Shown here piece after piece: positions 51,100-61,163 of a stretch of DNA of 64,000 nucleotides. Each line of letters begins with the position of its first letter. Position 1 is the first letter of the stretch. The notes under the pieces were generated by a model. It saw only the letters and a program-made list of their open reading frames with translations. It had not been told where the DNA came from and ran no database searches. Source of the DNA: Lysobacterales bacterium (GTDB lineage Bacteria > Pseudomonadota > Gammaproteobacteria > Xanthomonadales > SZUA-5); the NCBI GenBank assembly GCA_022844165.1, contig JALHMH010000022.1:1-64000 (forward strand). Direction: 5' to 3'. The position numbers and the translations under genes are program-made.

Positions 51100-53138
51100 G
51101 GTGCTTTTTTCTCCGCGGTATGGCGCAATAACCACGCCTCTACGGTGCGATGCCACTGCACCGAGTTATGCGGCTTCAAGATCCAGTGATTTTCATCCGG
51201 GAACCACAAAAACTGGCTGTCGATGCCGCGACGTTGCAAAGCCGTAAATGCCGCAATACCCTGCTCAAACGGAACACGGAAATCGAGCATGCCGTGTGTC
51301 ACCAACATCGGCGTGCGCCAGTCTTTGACCAGATTGACCGGATTCTGCTTCTCGAAATCGCCTGGGCGATCGAACGCCGTGCCTTCGAATTCCCACTCAT
51401 CGAACCACAGCTCTTCGGTGCTATAGCTCATGAAACGGTTGTCGAGAATGCCGGCATGATTGACGATGCACTGGAACCCATCGTTCCAGGCGCCAGCAAT
51501 CCAGTTCATCATGTAACCGCCGTAACTCGCGCCGAGCGCGCACGCCCGCGAACCATCGAGAAAACTGTATTTCGACAGTGCCGCGGCCATGCCTTTTTTC
51601 AGATCGTCCAGCGGCTTGCCGCCCCAGTCGCCGCGGATCGAGTCAGTGAATGCCTGCCCGTAGCCCGTGGAGCCATGGAAATCGACGAACACCGCTGCGA
51701 AACCCTTGCCCGCATAAGTCTGCGGGTTCCATCGATAGTGGAAGGAATTGCCCATGCTGCCCTGCGGTCCGCCGTGAACGACGAATGCGATCGGGTACTT
51801 CTTGGCTGGATCGAAATCGACCGGTTTGACCACCCACGCGTACACCGTTTCTCCGTTCCAACCGGAAAACGAGAACTGCTCGAAAGCACCGAATTTAAGC
51901 TGCGCCAGAACGTCGCGGTTGACGTTCGTCAGTTGTGTGGTTGCACCACCCTTCAAAGCGAGCGAATGGATGTCTGCTGGCGAATCCAGATCGTCGAGCA
52001 CCACATAGATGCGATCTTTGCCCACCGCGAAGCCACTCACCGCACCGGACTCGGTCAAGCGCGTGGTTTTGCCACTCTTGACGTCGATGGCGAAGAGTCG
52101 CCGCTGACCGAGATCGTCGGCATAGCTGTAAATCGTGCGACCGTCGTTCGATAACGTCAGTCCGTCGGGCGATCGATCCCAAGCCGGCGCGACTTCGCGT
52201 GTGGCGCCGGTGGCGAGCACACGCTCCATGATGCGATTGCGGTCGGCCTCATACCCAGCGCGCGCCATCGAACGCCAATACAAGCGCTTACCATCCGCCG
52301 AATACACTGGGGTGTTGTCGTAGCCAGGGAATTCGGCCGTCAGGTTCTTCGGCTCGCCACCCGACAGCGAGACGTTGTACAAATCGGTATTGGTCGACCA
52401 CGGCTCACTCTTGCCGGCGATGCGCAGCGTGAACGTAATACTGGCGCTGTCTGGCGTGAAAGCGACCTCACCCAGATCGCCGAACGGTTTCGTCGGCGCG
52501 TCGCCATCCAGACCCTTGCTCACCCAGCGCGGATTCGCCGCGCCCTCGTCCGTGACATCGAACACAAACAGTTGCGAGCGCGTACCAGTTTTCCAGGTGT
52601 CCCAGTGCCGAATGAACAGCTTGTCGTGCAGCGTGCCGGTGTGTTTCTCTTCCGTGTCCGCCGCAGCTTTCTGCTTCGTGCAATCGAAGTCCGCGCCGCA
52701 TTCTGGATACACATCGAGCGCTACCGCCAGCTTCTTGCCATCCGGCGACAGCAAGAAACCGCCTACGTCGAGTGGCAAAGAGGTGATCGGCTGCGCTTCC
52801 CCGGGGCCATTGAATGCCCACACCTGCATCGATCCCGATCGCGAAGACAAGAAGTACAGCGCACCGCCCGCATAGCGCGGATGCATCGAACTCGATCCGG
52901 TTTGCGTCAAGCGCCGCGGCACGGCGCCAGCCTTCAGGTCCAACTCGAAAATGCCCTGCGTAGCCTTGTTCGCGTCGTAGTCCGTTTCACGCAGGACAAA
53001 CGCGAGCGCTTTGCCATCTGGTTTGAGCTGTGCATCCGATACGCGCTTGAGGCGCACCAGATCGTCGACATCGAAGGCCTTCTGCGAAGCGGCCAAGGCC
53101 GGCAACGCGAACAGCAGAGACAGGGCAAGTAGACGCAT
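51096..53138 (-). CDS. S9 family (prolyl oligopeptidase / acylaminoacyl) peptidase
   Basis: Signal peptide; beta-propeller; HGGPQG; GASYGG; DFRVP; DENHW. Confidence 0.93.
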   Translation of the reverse strand: MRLLALSLLFALPALAASQKAFDVDDLVRLKRVSDAQLKPDGKALAFVLRETDYDANKATQGIFELDLKAGAVPRRLTQTGSSSMHPRYAGGALYFLSSRSGSMQVWAFNGPGEAQPITSLPLDVGGFLLSPDGKKLAVALDVYPECGADFDCTKQKAAADTEEKHTGTLHDKLFIRHWDTWKTGTRSQLFVFDVTDEGAANPRWVSKGLDGDAPTKPFGDLGEVAFTPDSASITFTLRIAGKSEPWSTNTDLYNVSLSGGEPKNLTAEFPGYDNTPVYSADGKRLYWRSMARAGYEADRNRIMERVLATGATREVAPAWDRSPDGLTLSNDGRTIYSYADDLGQRRLFAIDVKSGKTTRLTESGAVSGFAVGKDRIYVVLDDLDSPADIHSLALKGGATTQLTNVNRDVLAQLKFGAFEQFSFSGWNGETVYAWVVKPVDFDPAKKYPIAFVVHGGPQGSMGNSFHYRWNPQTYAGKGFAAVFVDFHGSTGYGQAFTDSIRGDWGGKPLDDLKKGMAAALSKYSFLDGSRACALGASYGGYMMNWIAGAWNDGFQCIVNHAGILDNRFMSYSTEELWFDEWEFEGTAFDRPGDFEKQNPVNLVKDWRTPMLVTHGMLDFRVPFEQGIAAFTALQRRGIDSQFLWFPDENHWILKPHNSVQWHRTVEAWLLRHTAEKKAP

Positions 53139-53273
53139 GGCAGACCCGTAGTCATAAGAGGGGTACTAAGTCTGCCATGTCCCGATTCGCGAACGGGAAT
53201 GGATCCGCTCATTCACGGTGACGAGTTCACGCTTTGCTGCGCGAGCTTCGAACGCGTGAGACCTTTGTCGGCC

Positions 53274-53552
53274 TCACACGTCCGGGCACTGGTGTTTGTC
53301 TCTTAGGTTTGCGTAGCAGAAGTCGCAGACCACGGCAAAGTTATTGAACTGCCGAAACCGCTCTGTCATGTCGCCTTCGGCGAGAAAAAGAGATTCGCAA
53401 GCATCGCACCAGGCCTGAAGATTCTCCGGGTCTGAGCTGTTTTCCACGAACCCCACCCTCCCATCCCTAGACTGAATCAAGTGGCAACAAACGACGGCCG
53501 CTACGCGGGTTCCGTGCGTGCCGCAGCGGATTGTGGAAGGCGCGCTGCTCAA
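53274..53552 (-). CDS. Small Cys/His-rich hypothetical protein (putative metal-binding)
   Basis: CGTHG, VCCHL, AWCDACE, VCDFCY; co-oriented just downstream of hflC. Confidence 0.65.
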   Translation of the reverse strand: MSSAPSTIRCGTHGTRVAAVVCCHLIQSRDGRVGFVENSSDPENLQAWCDACESLFLAEGDMTERFRQFNNFAVVCDFCYANLRDKHQCPDV

Positions 53553-53570
53553 CGATCTGCCTCGCCGCTC

Positions 53571-54512
53571 TCAGCGTCGCCGTGTCGACTGCAAATAGCG
53601 ATAGAACTCCGAGTCGGCATCCAGCATCAGCGTGGTATTCGGCCCCATCGCGCTGTAGCTCTCCAGCGTGCGCATGAAGGCGTAGAACTCCGGATCTGCG
53701 CCATATGCCTGGCCGTAGATCTGGGTTGCTTCCGCGTCCGCTTTGCCGCGAATTTCGGCGGCCTGGCGTTCGGCTTCCGAGCGGATTTCGCGCAACTCGC
53801 GCTGCATTTCGCCCAAAATCTCCTGGCTGCGCCCCTGGCCTTCGGAGCGGAAGCGTTCGGCAATCGACTGACGTTCGCTGACCATGCGATTCTCAACCTG
53901 AGCGCGCACGCTATCGATATAGTTGATGCGCTTGAGGCGCACGTCTACCAGTTCGATGCCCAGCTCTGGCGTCTGTTTGGCCGCTGCGACACGAATCTCC
54001 TGCTCCAACCGCTCACGACCCTTCTTCGGTTTGTCCAGATCGACCTCGCCAACTGGCACACCTTCTTCGGCGATCACTTTGGCGTCGACGCTCCAATCGG
54101 CCGAGCGCACGATCTCCTCCAGATCGGTCCCGGAAATGATGTCGCGCACGACGGAGTCGATAATGTCGTCCAGCCGAGTACGCGCACCCTGTTCGTCACG
54201 CACCGACTGCATGAATTTGAGCGGATCGGCGATGCGCCAACGCGCTGTGGCATCAACCAATATGAACTCGCGTCCCAACGTAGGCACCTGGCTGACATCA
54301 CCGTCCCACGGCAGAATGCGCTTATCGAAGCGTCGCACATCCTGTACAAACGGCAACTTGAAATGCAGCCCCGGCTCGGTAATGACGTCACCCACCGGCT
54401 CACCAAACTGCACCTTGATACCCTGCTCAGATTGATCGATGACAAAAGTGGCCGGTCTCAGGGCAACAAACGCGATCAGGGCAATCACGACGATAGCGAT
54501 CAGACGATTCAT
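53571..54512 (-). CDS. hflC: FtsH protease modulator HflC
   Basis: N-terminal TM, PGLHFKLPF, RMVSER..RSEG, PEFYAFMRTLESY. Confidence 0.93.
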   Translation of the reverse strand: MNRLIAIVVIALIAFVALRPATFVIDQSEQGIKVQFGEPVGDVITEPGLHFKLPFVQDVRRFDKRILPWDGDVSQVPTLGREFILVDATARWRIADPLKFMQSVRDEQGARTRLDDIIDSVVRDIISGTDLEEIVRSADWSVDAKVIAEEGVPVGEVDLDKPKKGRERLEQEIRVAAAKQTPELGIELVDVRLKRINYIDSVRAQVENRMVSERQSIAERFRSEGQGRSQEILGEMQRELREIRSEAERQAAEIRGKADAEATQIYGQAYGADPEFYAFMRTLESYSAMGPNTTLMLDADSEFYRYLQSTRRR

Positions 54513-55516
54513 TGCGCGGCTCCTTGTGCTTGAGCGGGACGCCGTAAGTCAACGATAGGCAACGGCGAGGTTGCGCCATCCTTGACCACATACACCGCCC
54601 CAACATTGGGCAACACCTGGTACAGCGTTTCCAGATACATGCGGGTCCGTGTCACATCGGGCGCGCTGCGGTATTCGGCGAGGATCGCATTGAATCGCGC
54701 CGTCTCGCCACGCGCATAGTTGACACGTTCGGCGGCATAACCCTGCGCCTCGGAGAGCACGCGGTTGGCTTCGCCTCTGGCTTTCGGGATTTCCTGGTTC
54801 GCCTGTTTGGTCGCCTCGTTGATCATGCGTTCGCGTTCCTGGCGGGCTTCATTGACTTCGTTGAACGCAGGTTGCACCGCCGCAGGCGGCACGACGTCCT
54901 GCAATTCCACGGTGACCACATGGATACCGTTGTCGTACGACTCCATGGCTGCCTGGATTTCTTCGCGCGCCAGCGCCGAAATCGCGACGCGCGCCGTGGT
55001 CAGCACTTCGCTGCCGAGCCGGTTGCCGACGACTCGCCGCATCACGGATTCGGAGATATCGCGCAACGTGCGCTCGGCGTCGCGCTGCTGGTAGAGAAAC
55101 TTCATCGGATCGGCAATTCGGTACTGCACCACCCACTCGACATCAATGATGTTGAGATCGCCAGAGAGCATCAGCGACTCGTCTGGAAAGTCCTCCATCG
55201 AGTACTCGGTGCGCTCGCCATCCGAGCCCGCCGAGCGAAAGCCAAACTCCTGCTTCATCACGCGCTCAGTGGCAACTTTTTGTACGGTATCGACACCGAA
55301 CGGCAACTTGAAGTGCAGCCCTGGATCGTTGATCGAAACCACTTTACCGAAGCGTTTGACCACAGCGCGCTCTTCGGGCTGGACCGTGTAATAACTCGAC
55401 ATCACACCCCAGGCGATCACGCCCAGAACGATGATCGCCATCACAGGCAGGGCGCTCTTGGCAGCATTTTTCGCGGCGTTCTTGGCGTTGGGTCCAGACA
55501 TCGTATTCGTCCCCAT
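54509..55516 (-). CDS. hflK: FtsH protease modulator HflK
   Basis: MLSGDLNII, VQYRI, VQPAFNEV..A, PDVTRTRMYLET. Confidence 0.93.
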   Translation of the reverse strand: MGTNTMSGPNAKNAAKNAAKSALPVMAIIVLGVIAWGVMSSYYTVQPEERAVVKRFGKVVSINDPGLHFKLPFGVDTVQKVATERVMKQEFGFRSAGSDGERTEYSMEDFPDESLMLSGDLNIIDVEWVVQYRIADPMKFLYQQRDAERTLRDISESVMRRVVGNRLGSEVLTTARVAISALAREEIQAAMESYDNGIHVVTVELQDVVPPAAVQPAFNEVNEARQERERMINEATKQANQEIPKARGEANRVLSEAQGYAAERVNYARGETARFNAILAEYRSAPDVTRTRMYLETLYQVLPNVGAVYVVKDGATSPLPIVDLRRPAQAQGAAQ

Positions 55517-55577
55517 TGGAAGTCAGGTGTTAATCATGGCACGCCGTGGCGCGCTTAGCATCGACTGAAGGCCACAC

Positions 55578-55955
55578 TCACCTTCGAACCAAACCAAAAG
55601 CCAGCGTCGCCGCCGCAATCGACAACACTACGCTGGCAATGACATAAAACATCGCCCATTTCACCTGCCCGGCCCGCCACAGCGAGAACGCCTCAAGCGA
55701 AAAACTCGAAAACGTGGTCAATCCGCCGAGGAACCCGATCATCACCAGGGCGTGCAGGCCAGCCACATCGCCGCGTCCTATGGTGCGCGCCAACAGCGCA
55801 CCCGCAAGTCCGCAGCCCACCACATTGACCATCAACGTTGCCAACGGGGCCGGCCCGCCCGCCAGGCGCACGACCAGTTGCGCGACCCAAAAGCGGGTCA
55901 CGGCGCCAGCGGCGCCACCCAGTGCGACGAGCAGAGATTGCGAGAGCAGATTCAT
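55578..55955 (-). CDS. crcB: Fluoride channel Fluc/CrcB
   Basis: GGAAGAVTRF, TLMVNVVGC, GFLGGLTTFSSF. Confidence 0.92.
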   Translation of the reverse strand: MNLLSQSLLVALGGAAGAVTRFWVAQLVVRLAGGPAPLATLMVNVVGCGLAGALLARTIGRGDVAGLHALVMIGFLGGLTTFSSFSLEAFSLWRAGQVKWAMFYVIASVVLSIAAATLAFGLVRR

Positions 55956-55992
55956 GGCTGGCAGGTCATTTGAGTTCCTCAACGAACGATGG

Positions 55993-57282
55993 TCAACGCT
56001 TTGCGGCGGCGCGGCGTTCGCGGATCCACACCAGCCGATCGCGAATCTTCGCTTCCAGGCCACGATCCGTGGGGGTGTAGAGCTCGCGCTCGCCAAGGCT
56101 CTCGGGAAAGCCGCGCTGCTCATAAGCGACGCCATCTTCGTGTTCGTGATCGTATTGATAACCTTTGCCGTAGCCCAGTCCCTTCATCAGTTTGGTCGGT
56201 GCATTGCGCAGTTCGAGCGGCACCTCATCGCTGCCGCTTTGCTGCACCAACGCGACGGCGTTCTTGTAGGCGCGATAGCAGGCGTTGCTCTTAGGCGCCA
56301 CGGCCAGATAGATGACTAACTGCGCAAGTGCGACCTCGCCTTCGGGCGATCCTAAGCGCTCATAGCTTTGCCATGCGTCCAGCGCCAGCGCCAAGGCGCG
56401 CGGATCGGCATTGCCGATGTCCTCGGAAGCAAAACGCGTCAGGCGCCGCGCCAGGTAGTTCGGATCGGTGCCGCCATCCAGCATGCGGCAGAACCAATAC
56501 AAGGCGGCATCGGGATTGGAGCTACGCAGCGTCTTGTGTAACGCTGAAATCTGGTCGTAAAACGCCTCGCCGCCTTTATCGAAACGGCGACGCTTGTCGC
56601 CAGCCGCAGCGAGCACGTGCGCTTCGGTCAACGCATCGCCGGTGGCCATACTGTCGGCGATCACTTCGAGCAAGGTCAAAGCCCGCCGCACATCGCCATC
56701 GGCAAACTCTGCGATGGTTGCCAGTGCCTCGGACTCGGCGCGCAAGTCCAAGTGGGCCAAACCGCGAGAATCGCTCAGCGCCCGCCGCAACGCAGCCACA
56801 ATGTCCTCCACAGTGAGCGGCTTCAGCACATGCACTCGGCAGCGCGACAACAGCGCTCCGACCACCTCGAACGACGGATTCTCGGTGGTCGCACCAATGA
56901 GCGTGATCATGCCGCTCTCGACGTGCGGCAAAAATGCGTCCTGCTGCGCTTTGTTAAAGCGATGCACCTCATCGACGAACAGCACGGTGCGACCACCCAG
57001 ATCACGACGCGCCTGCGCTTCGGCAACTGCGCGGCGCACATCGGCGACGCCCGCAAGCACTGCCGAAATCTGCAAAAACGCGGCACTGGTGGACTGCGCG
57101 CAAAGCCTTGCCAAAGTGGTTTTGCCGCACCCGGGCGGTCCCCACAGGATCATCGAATGCAGATGTCCCTGCTCGATGGCGCGGCGTAGCGGCCTGGCCG
57201 TCGCCAGAAGGTGCGCCTGCCCGACCACTTCATCCAGCGAGGCCGGGCGCATGCGCTCGGCCAGCGGGCGGCTGTCGTTCAT
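55993..57282 (-). CDS. rarA: Replication-associated recombination protein A
   Basis: [47 protein letters not shown]. Confidence 0.96.
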   Translation of the reverse strand: MNDSRPLAERMRPASLDEVVGQAHLLATARPLRRAIEQGHLHSMILWGPPGCGKTTLARLCAQSTSAAFLQISAVLAGVADVRRAVAEAQARRDLGGRTVLFVDEVHRFNKAQQDAFLPHVESGMITLIGATTENPSFEVVGALLSRCRVHVLKPLTVEDIVAALRRALSDSRGLAHLDLRAESEALATIAEFADGDVRRALTLLEVIADSMATGDALTEAHVLAAAGDKRRRFDKGGEAFYDQISALHKTLRSSNPDAALYWFCRMLDGGTDPNYLARRLTRFASEDIGNADPRALALALDAWQSYERLGSPEGEVALAQLVIYLAVAPKSNACYRAYKNAVALVQQSGSDEVPLELRNAPTKLMKGLGYGKGYQYDHEHEDGVAYEQRGFPESLGERELYTPTDRGLEAKIRDRLVWIRERRAAAKR

Positions 57283-57328
57283 CGCACTCACTGGTAGAAT
57301 CCCGGCCCCGTTTTCCATTGGCACTGTC

Positions 57329-58663
57329 ATGTCGGGCAAACTCTTCATCAAAACGCACGGCTGTCAGATGAACGAGTATGACTCGGCGAAGATCGTCGAT
57401 GTGCTTGCAGCCAACGAAGGCCTGACACTGACCGAAAACGAGTCTGAGGCGGACGTGATTCTGGTCAACACCTGCGCGATTCGTGAGAAAGCGCAAGAGA
57501 AGGTGTTCAGCCAGCTCGGGCGCTGGAGGCAGCTCAAAGTGGACAAACCGAACCTGGTGATCGGCGTTGGCGGTTGCGTCGCCAGCCAGGAGGGCGAAGC
57601 CATCGTCAAGCGCGCGCCCTATGTGGATCTGGTCTTTGGCCCACAGACCTTGCATCGACTGCCCGCGATGCTCAAACAGTTGCGCGAAGAGCGTCGCCCA
57701 CAGGTCGACATCTCGTTTCCGGAAATCGAAAAGTTCGATCGTTTACCGGAACCACGCGCGATCGGTCCGACGGCCTTCGTCTCGATCATGGAAGGCTGTA
57801 GCAAATACTGCTCGTTTTGCGTTGTGCCCTACACGCGTGGCGAAGAGGTCAGCCGACCGTTCGATGATGTGATTGCCGAAGTCGCATCGCTGGCCGATCA
57901 GGGCGTGCGCGAAGTCAATCTGCTCGGCCAGAACGTCAATGCGTATCGCGGCGCAATGCACGACGGCACGGTCTGCGATCTGGGCTTGCTGATCCAGTAC
58001 ATTGCACAGCTCGATGGCATCGGCCGCATTCGCTTCACCACTTCGCACCCGGTGGAGTTCAACGACAGCCTGATTGCCGCCTACGCGCAGTGCGACAAGC
58101 TTGCGAACTATCTGCATCTCCCCGTTCAAGCGGGTTCTGATCGCATCCTGGCGGCGATGAAACGTGGCCACACCACGATCGAATACAAACAGAAGATCCG
58201 CAAATTGCGTGCCGTCCGACCGGACATCTCGATCTCGACCGATATCATCGTAGGCTTTCCCGGCGAGACCGAGGCCGATTTCGAGGCGACGATGAAGCTG
58301 GTCGAGGACATCCACTTCGATCAGAGCTTCTCGTTTATCTACAGCCGCCGCCCCGGCACGCCGGCCGCCAATTTGCCTGACGAAACACCCGAGCAGGTCA
58401 AAAAAGAACGCTTGTACCGTCTGCAGGCGCGCATCAACGAATTTGCACGCGAGATCAGTCGGAACATGATCGGCACCACGCAACGCGTGCTGGTCGAAGG
58501 CATTAGCCGCAAGAACCCAGGCGAACTGACGGGCCGCACCGAGAACATGCGCTACGTCAACTTCCCCGCGCCCGCGCGTCTGATCGGCCAGTTCGTCGAC
58601 ATCGAAATCACCGCAGCGATGGCCAATAGCCTGCGTGGAGAAGTGGCCGCAGCGATGGCCTAG
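57329..58663 (+). CDS. miaB: tRNA methylthiotransferase MiaB
   Basis: [16 protein letters not shown], radical [15 protein letters not shown] domain. Confidence 0.96.
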   Translation: MSGKLFIKTHGCQMNEYDSAKIVDVLAANEGLTLTENESEADVILVNTCAIREKAQEKVFSQLGRWRQLKVDKPNLVIGVGGCVASQEGEAIVKRAPYVDLVFGPQTLHRLPAMLKQLREERRPQVDISFPEIEKFDRLPEPRAIGPTAFVSIMEGCSKYCSFCVVPYTRGEEVSRPFDDVIAEVASLADQGVREVNLLGQNVNAYRGAMHDGTVCDLGLLIQYIAQLDGIGRIRFTTSHPVEFNDSLIAAYAQCDKLANYLHLPVQAGSDRILAAMKRGHTTIEYKQKIRKLRAVRPDISISTDIIVGFPGETEADFEATMKLVEDIHFDQSFSFIYSRRPGTPAANLPDETPEQVKKERLYRLQARINEFAREISRNMIGTTQRVLVEGISRKNPGELTGRTENMRYVNFPAPARLIGQFVDIEITAAMANSLRGEVAAAMA

Positions 58664-58760
58664 CGTGGTCAGCATGTTGCAGGCTTGATCGCTCTGCGTG
58701 CGGGGCGTCCCTTGCGCAGCCAAATCGGCGCCACATCTTAGCTGTACCAGGACCCACCCA

Positions 58761-59717
58761 ATGCCCATTTCCCAAACCCTGACTCTGTCTCCTGAGAACA
58801 ACGAACAGCTTGCAAACTTCTGCGGGCCTTTCGATGAGCATGTGCGCGAAATCGAACGACGCGTCGGCGTTGAGATCGCCAATCGTGGTTACGTATTTCA
58901 GATCACAGGCGACGACGCGCCGGTGCGTGTGGCGTTGCGTTTGCTTCAAGCGCTCTACGAACAAGCGGGCGAAGCCATACTGACACGCGAAGCCGTGTTC
59001 ATGGCGATCAAAGACCACGACGCCGAAAGTGCCAGCCTCGCTGCTGCAGAACGAGCGCATGAAGTGGTGATCCGCACCAAACGCGGCGTGGTGCGCGGGC
59101 GTGGCGCCAATCAGGTGCGCTACCTGCACTCGATCGCGACGCACGACATCAACTTCGGCATTGGACCCGCTGGCACCGGCAAGACCTATCTGGCCGTCGC
59201 CAGCGCGGTCGAAGCACTCGATCACAACAAGGTGCAACGCTTGCTACTGGTGCGCCCGGCGGTAGAAGCCGGCGAAAAACTCGGCTTTCTCCCCGGTGAT
59301 TTGACGCAAAAGGTCGATCCCTACCTGCGCCCGCTGTACGACGCGCTTTACGAGATGATGGGCGTAGAAAAAGTCACGCGCTTGCTGGAACGCAACGTCA
59401 TCGAAATCGCGCCGCTCGCGTTCATGCGAGGTCGCACCCTGAACGATGCGTACGTCATCCTTGATGAAGCGCAGAACACCACCATCGAGCAGATGAAGAT
59501 GTTCCTGACGCGCCTGGGCTTTGGTTCCACGGCGATCATCACTGGCGACGTCACGCAGATCGATTTGCCGCGTAAGGACCTAAGTGGCCTTCGCCACGCA
59601 ATTGAAGTGCTGAAAGACGTCGAAGGCATCAGCTTCACGTTTTTCCAGAGCCAGGACATCGTCCGCCATCCGCTGGTGGCGCGCATCGTGCGGGCCTATG
59701 AGCGCCATGAAGGCTGA
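58761..59717 (+). CDS. ybeZ: PhoH-like ATPase (YbeZ)
   Basis: [39 protein letters not shown]. Confidence 0.95.
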   Translation: MPISQTLTLSPENNEQLANFCGPFDEHVREIERRVGVEIANRGYVFQITGDDAPVRVALRLLQALYEQAGEAILTREAVFMAIKDHDAESASLAAAERAHEVVIRTKRGVVRGRGANQVRYLHSIATHDINFGIGPAGTGKTYLAVASAVEALDHNKVQRLLLVRPAVEAGEKLGFLPGDLTQKVDPYLRPLYDALYEMMGVEKVTRLLERNVIEIAPLAFMRGRTLNDAYVILDEAQNTTIEQMKMFLTRLGFGSTAIITGDVTQIDLPRKDLSGLRHAIEVLKDVEGISFTFFQSQDIVRHPLVARIVRAYERHEG

Positions 59718-60189
59718 GTCAAGAGCGACGGCAACCGCCAACACAACCAAAGACGCTATTGCGATCGACCTTCACCTGAGCCTCGGCCTCCGCCGCGGTG
59801 TTCCATCGCGAGCCCGTTTCTTGAAATGGATCGAAGCCGCCCTGCGCGTTGCGAAACGACGCTCGGCGCAACTCAACATCCGCGTGATGGATAGCAACGA
59901 AGCCCGCTTGCTCAACCGAGAATTTCGCGGCCGCGACTACGCGACCAACGTGCTGTCGTTTCCAGCGGACGCGTCGTTTTTGGGCGATATCGCCATCTGC
60001 AGCGAAGTTGTGATCGGCGAAGCAAAGGAGCAAGGCAAAACTGCCCACGATCACTTTGCGCATCTCACGATCCATGGTGTGTTGCACCTGCTCGGCCATG
60101 ACCACGAGCGCGATGCAGATGCGCAAGTCATGGAAGCTCTGGAAAGAAAGGCACTGGCGCGCCTCGGCATCCCGGACCCGTACCTCTGA
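59707..60189 (+). CDS. ybeY: rRNA maturation endoribonuclease YbeY
   Basis: ATNVLSF, HGVLHLLGHDH. Confidence 0.95.
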   Translation: MKAESRATATANTTKDAIAIDLHLSLGLRRGVPSRARFLKWIEAALRVAKRRSAQLNIRVMDSNEARLLNREFRGRDYATNVLSFPADASFLGDIAICSEVVIGEAKEQGKTAHDHFAHLTIHGVLHLLGHDHERDADAQVMEALERKALARLGIPDPYL

Positions 60190-60233
60190 GCGTCGGCCAG
60201 ATCCATCTTGGCCTCAGACGTACCTTCTATTGG

Positions 60234-60259
60234 GGCTTCGCCTCAGACGGCCGAGGCAT
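60234..60259 (-). repeat. Dispersed repeat family, short partial copy E
   Basis: Reverse complement ATGCCTCGGCCGTCTGAGGCGAAGCC matches the right arm of the other copies; lies between convergent genes. Confidence 0.55.
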
Positions 60260-61050
60260 CAATTGCGATAGCCATAGAAGTTCTTCAACATCGCCTCCGA
60301 GCCACGGTATTCGGCAGAGGTGGCTTCGACAAATTGCGGTGTGCCGAGCTCGTTGAGAACTTCGTAAAGCGACTCGTCTTCATGTAGGACCAACATCGCG
60401 TCTTTGAGTTTGGTCTTGACTTCCGCAGGCACATCGGGATGCGCCGAAATTGCCGCGCCCGGAAACTCGCGGGTGGTGATGACCGGGATCAAGTTTGGAT
60501 ATTGATCTTTGAGCCAGGACGGCACCATCGCGGCATCGGCTTCACCGGCAAACACAATCTCGACGGTATCGCGCCAGGACGCGGCCAACGACCGTACATC
60601 CGGCTGTTGCATCGGATTGGGGAAATATTCGAGCAACAACGCGAATCCCAGGTTCGGAGCCGGCATCGTCACCAGACTGCGCGCTACCAGCGCTTGCGTA
60701 TCTCCCTCGGCGATGTTCTCCTGGGTGAGTAACGAATAACTGGACGCAACCGCGGATTTCACCAACGGTTCGTATTTCGAGCGTTGGATTCGGAAGTCTG
60801 TGAAGTGGGCTTCGTCGAACACAAAGTGCAGGTCCGTGCGTTTTCGCAGGTCGTTCCAATAAAGCGCGTAATTGCGCGCAACGACCAGCTTGAACGTGTG
60901 ACCCGTACTCTTGTTCAAATAGGCGATCAGCGGCTCATAAACCTCCTTCGCGCGTTCTGGCGCATATGTCGGCTCGACCGCAAAGTTGAACTCGGCGCCG
61001 AATACCGCCGAGCTGAATGTGAATGCCACCACCGCCAACGTCTTTTGCAT
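60259..61050 (-). CDS. PhnD/SsuA/transferrin-family periplasmic binding protein (orphan)
   Basis: Signal peptide, YEPLIAYL..TG, VFAGEADAA, FP..ISAHPDVP; no adjacent permease or ATPase. Confidence 0.82.
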   Translation of the reverse strand: MQKTLAVVAFTFSSAVFGAEFNFAVEPTYAPERAKEVYEPLIAYLNKSTGHTFKLVVARNYALYWNDLRKRTDLHFVFDEAHFTDFRIQRSKYEPLVKSAVASSYSLLTQENIAEGDTQALVARSLVTMPAPNLGFALLLEYFPNPMQQPDVRSLAASWRDTVEIVFAGEADAAMVPSWLKDQYPNLIPVITTREFPGAAISAHPDVPAEVKTKLKDAMLVLHEDESLYEVLNELGTPQFVEATSAEYRGSEAMLKNFYGYRN

Positions 61051-61163
61051 GTGCTGACCCCCCTCTCTGGGCACGCGATACGGTCATACCACTTCTGCAA
61101 GCGAAAGGCTATGCGGCAAAGGCTTAAAGGTTGCAGAACTTAGTCAACATTGCCGACCGGCCA

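Noticed and set aside
55956-55992. Fluoride riboswitch upstream of crcB
   Set aside because: The spacer is only ~37 bp and lacks the consensus; crcB appears co-transcribed with rarA.
56594-57328. Apparent 245-aa N-terminal extension of MiaB
   Set aside because: Overlaps rarA on the opposite strand; canonical MiaB begins at the ATG at 57329.
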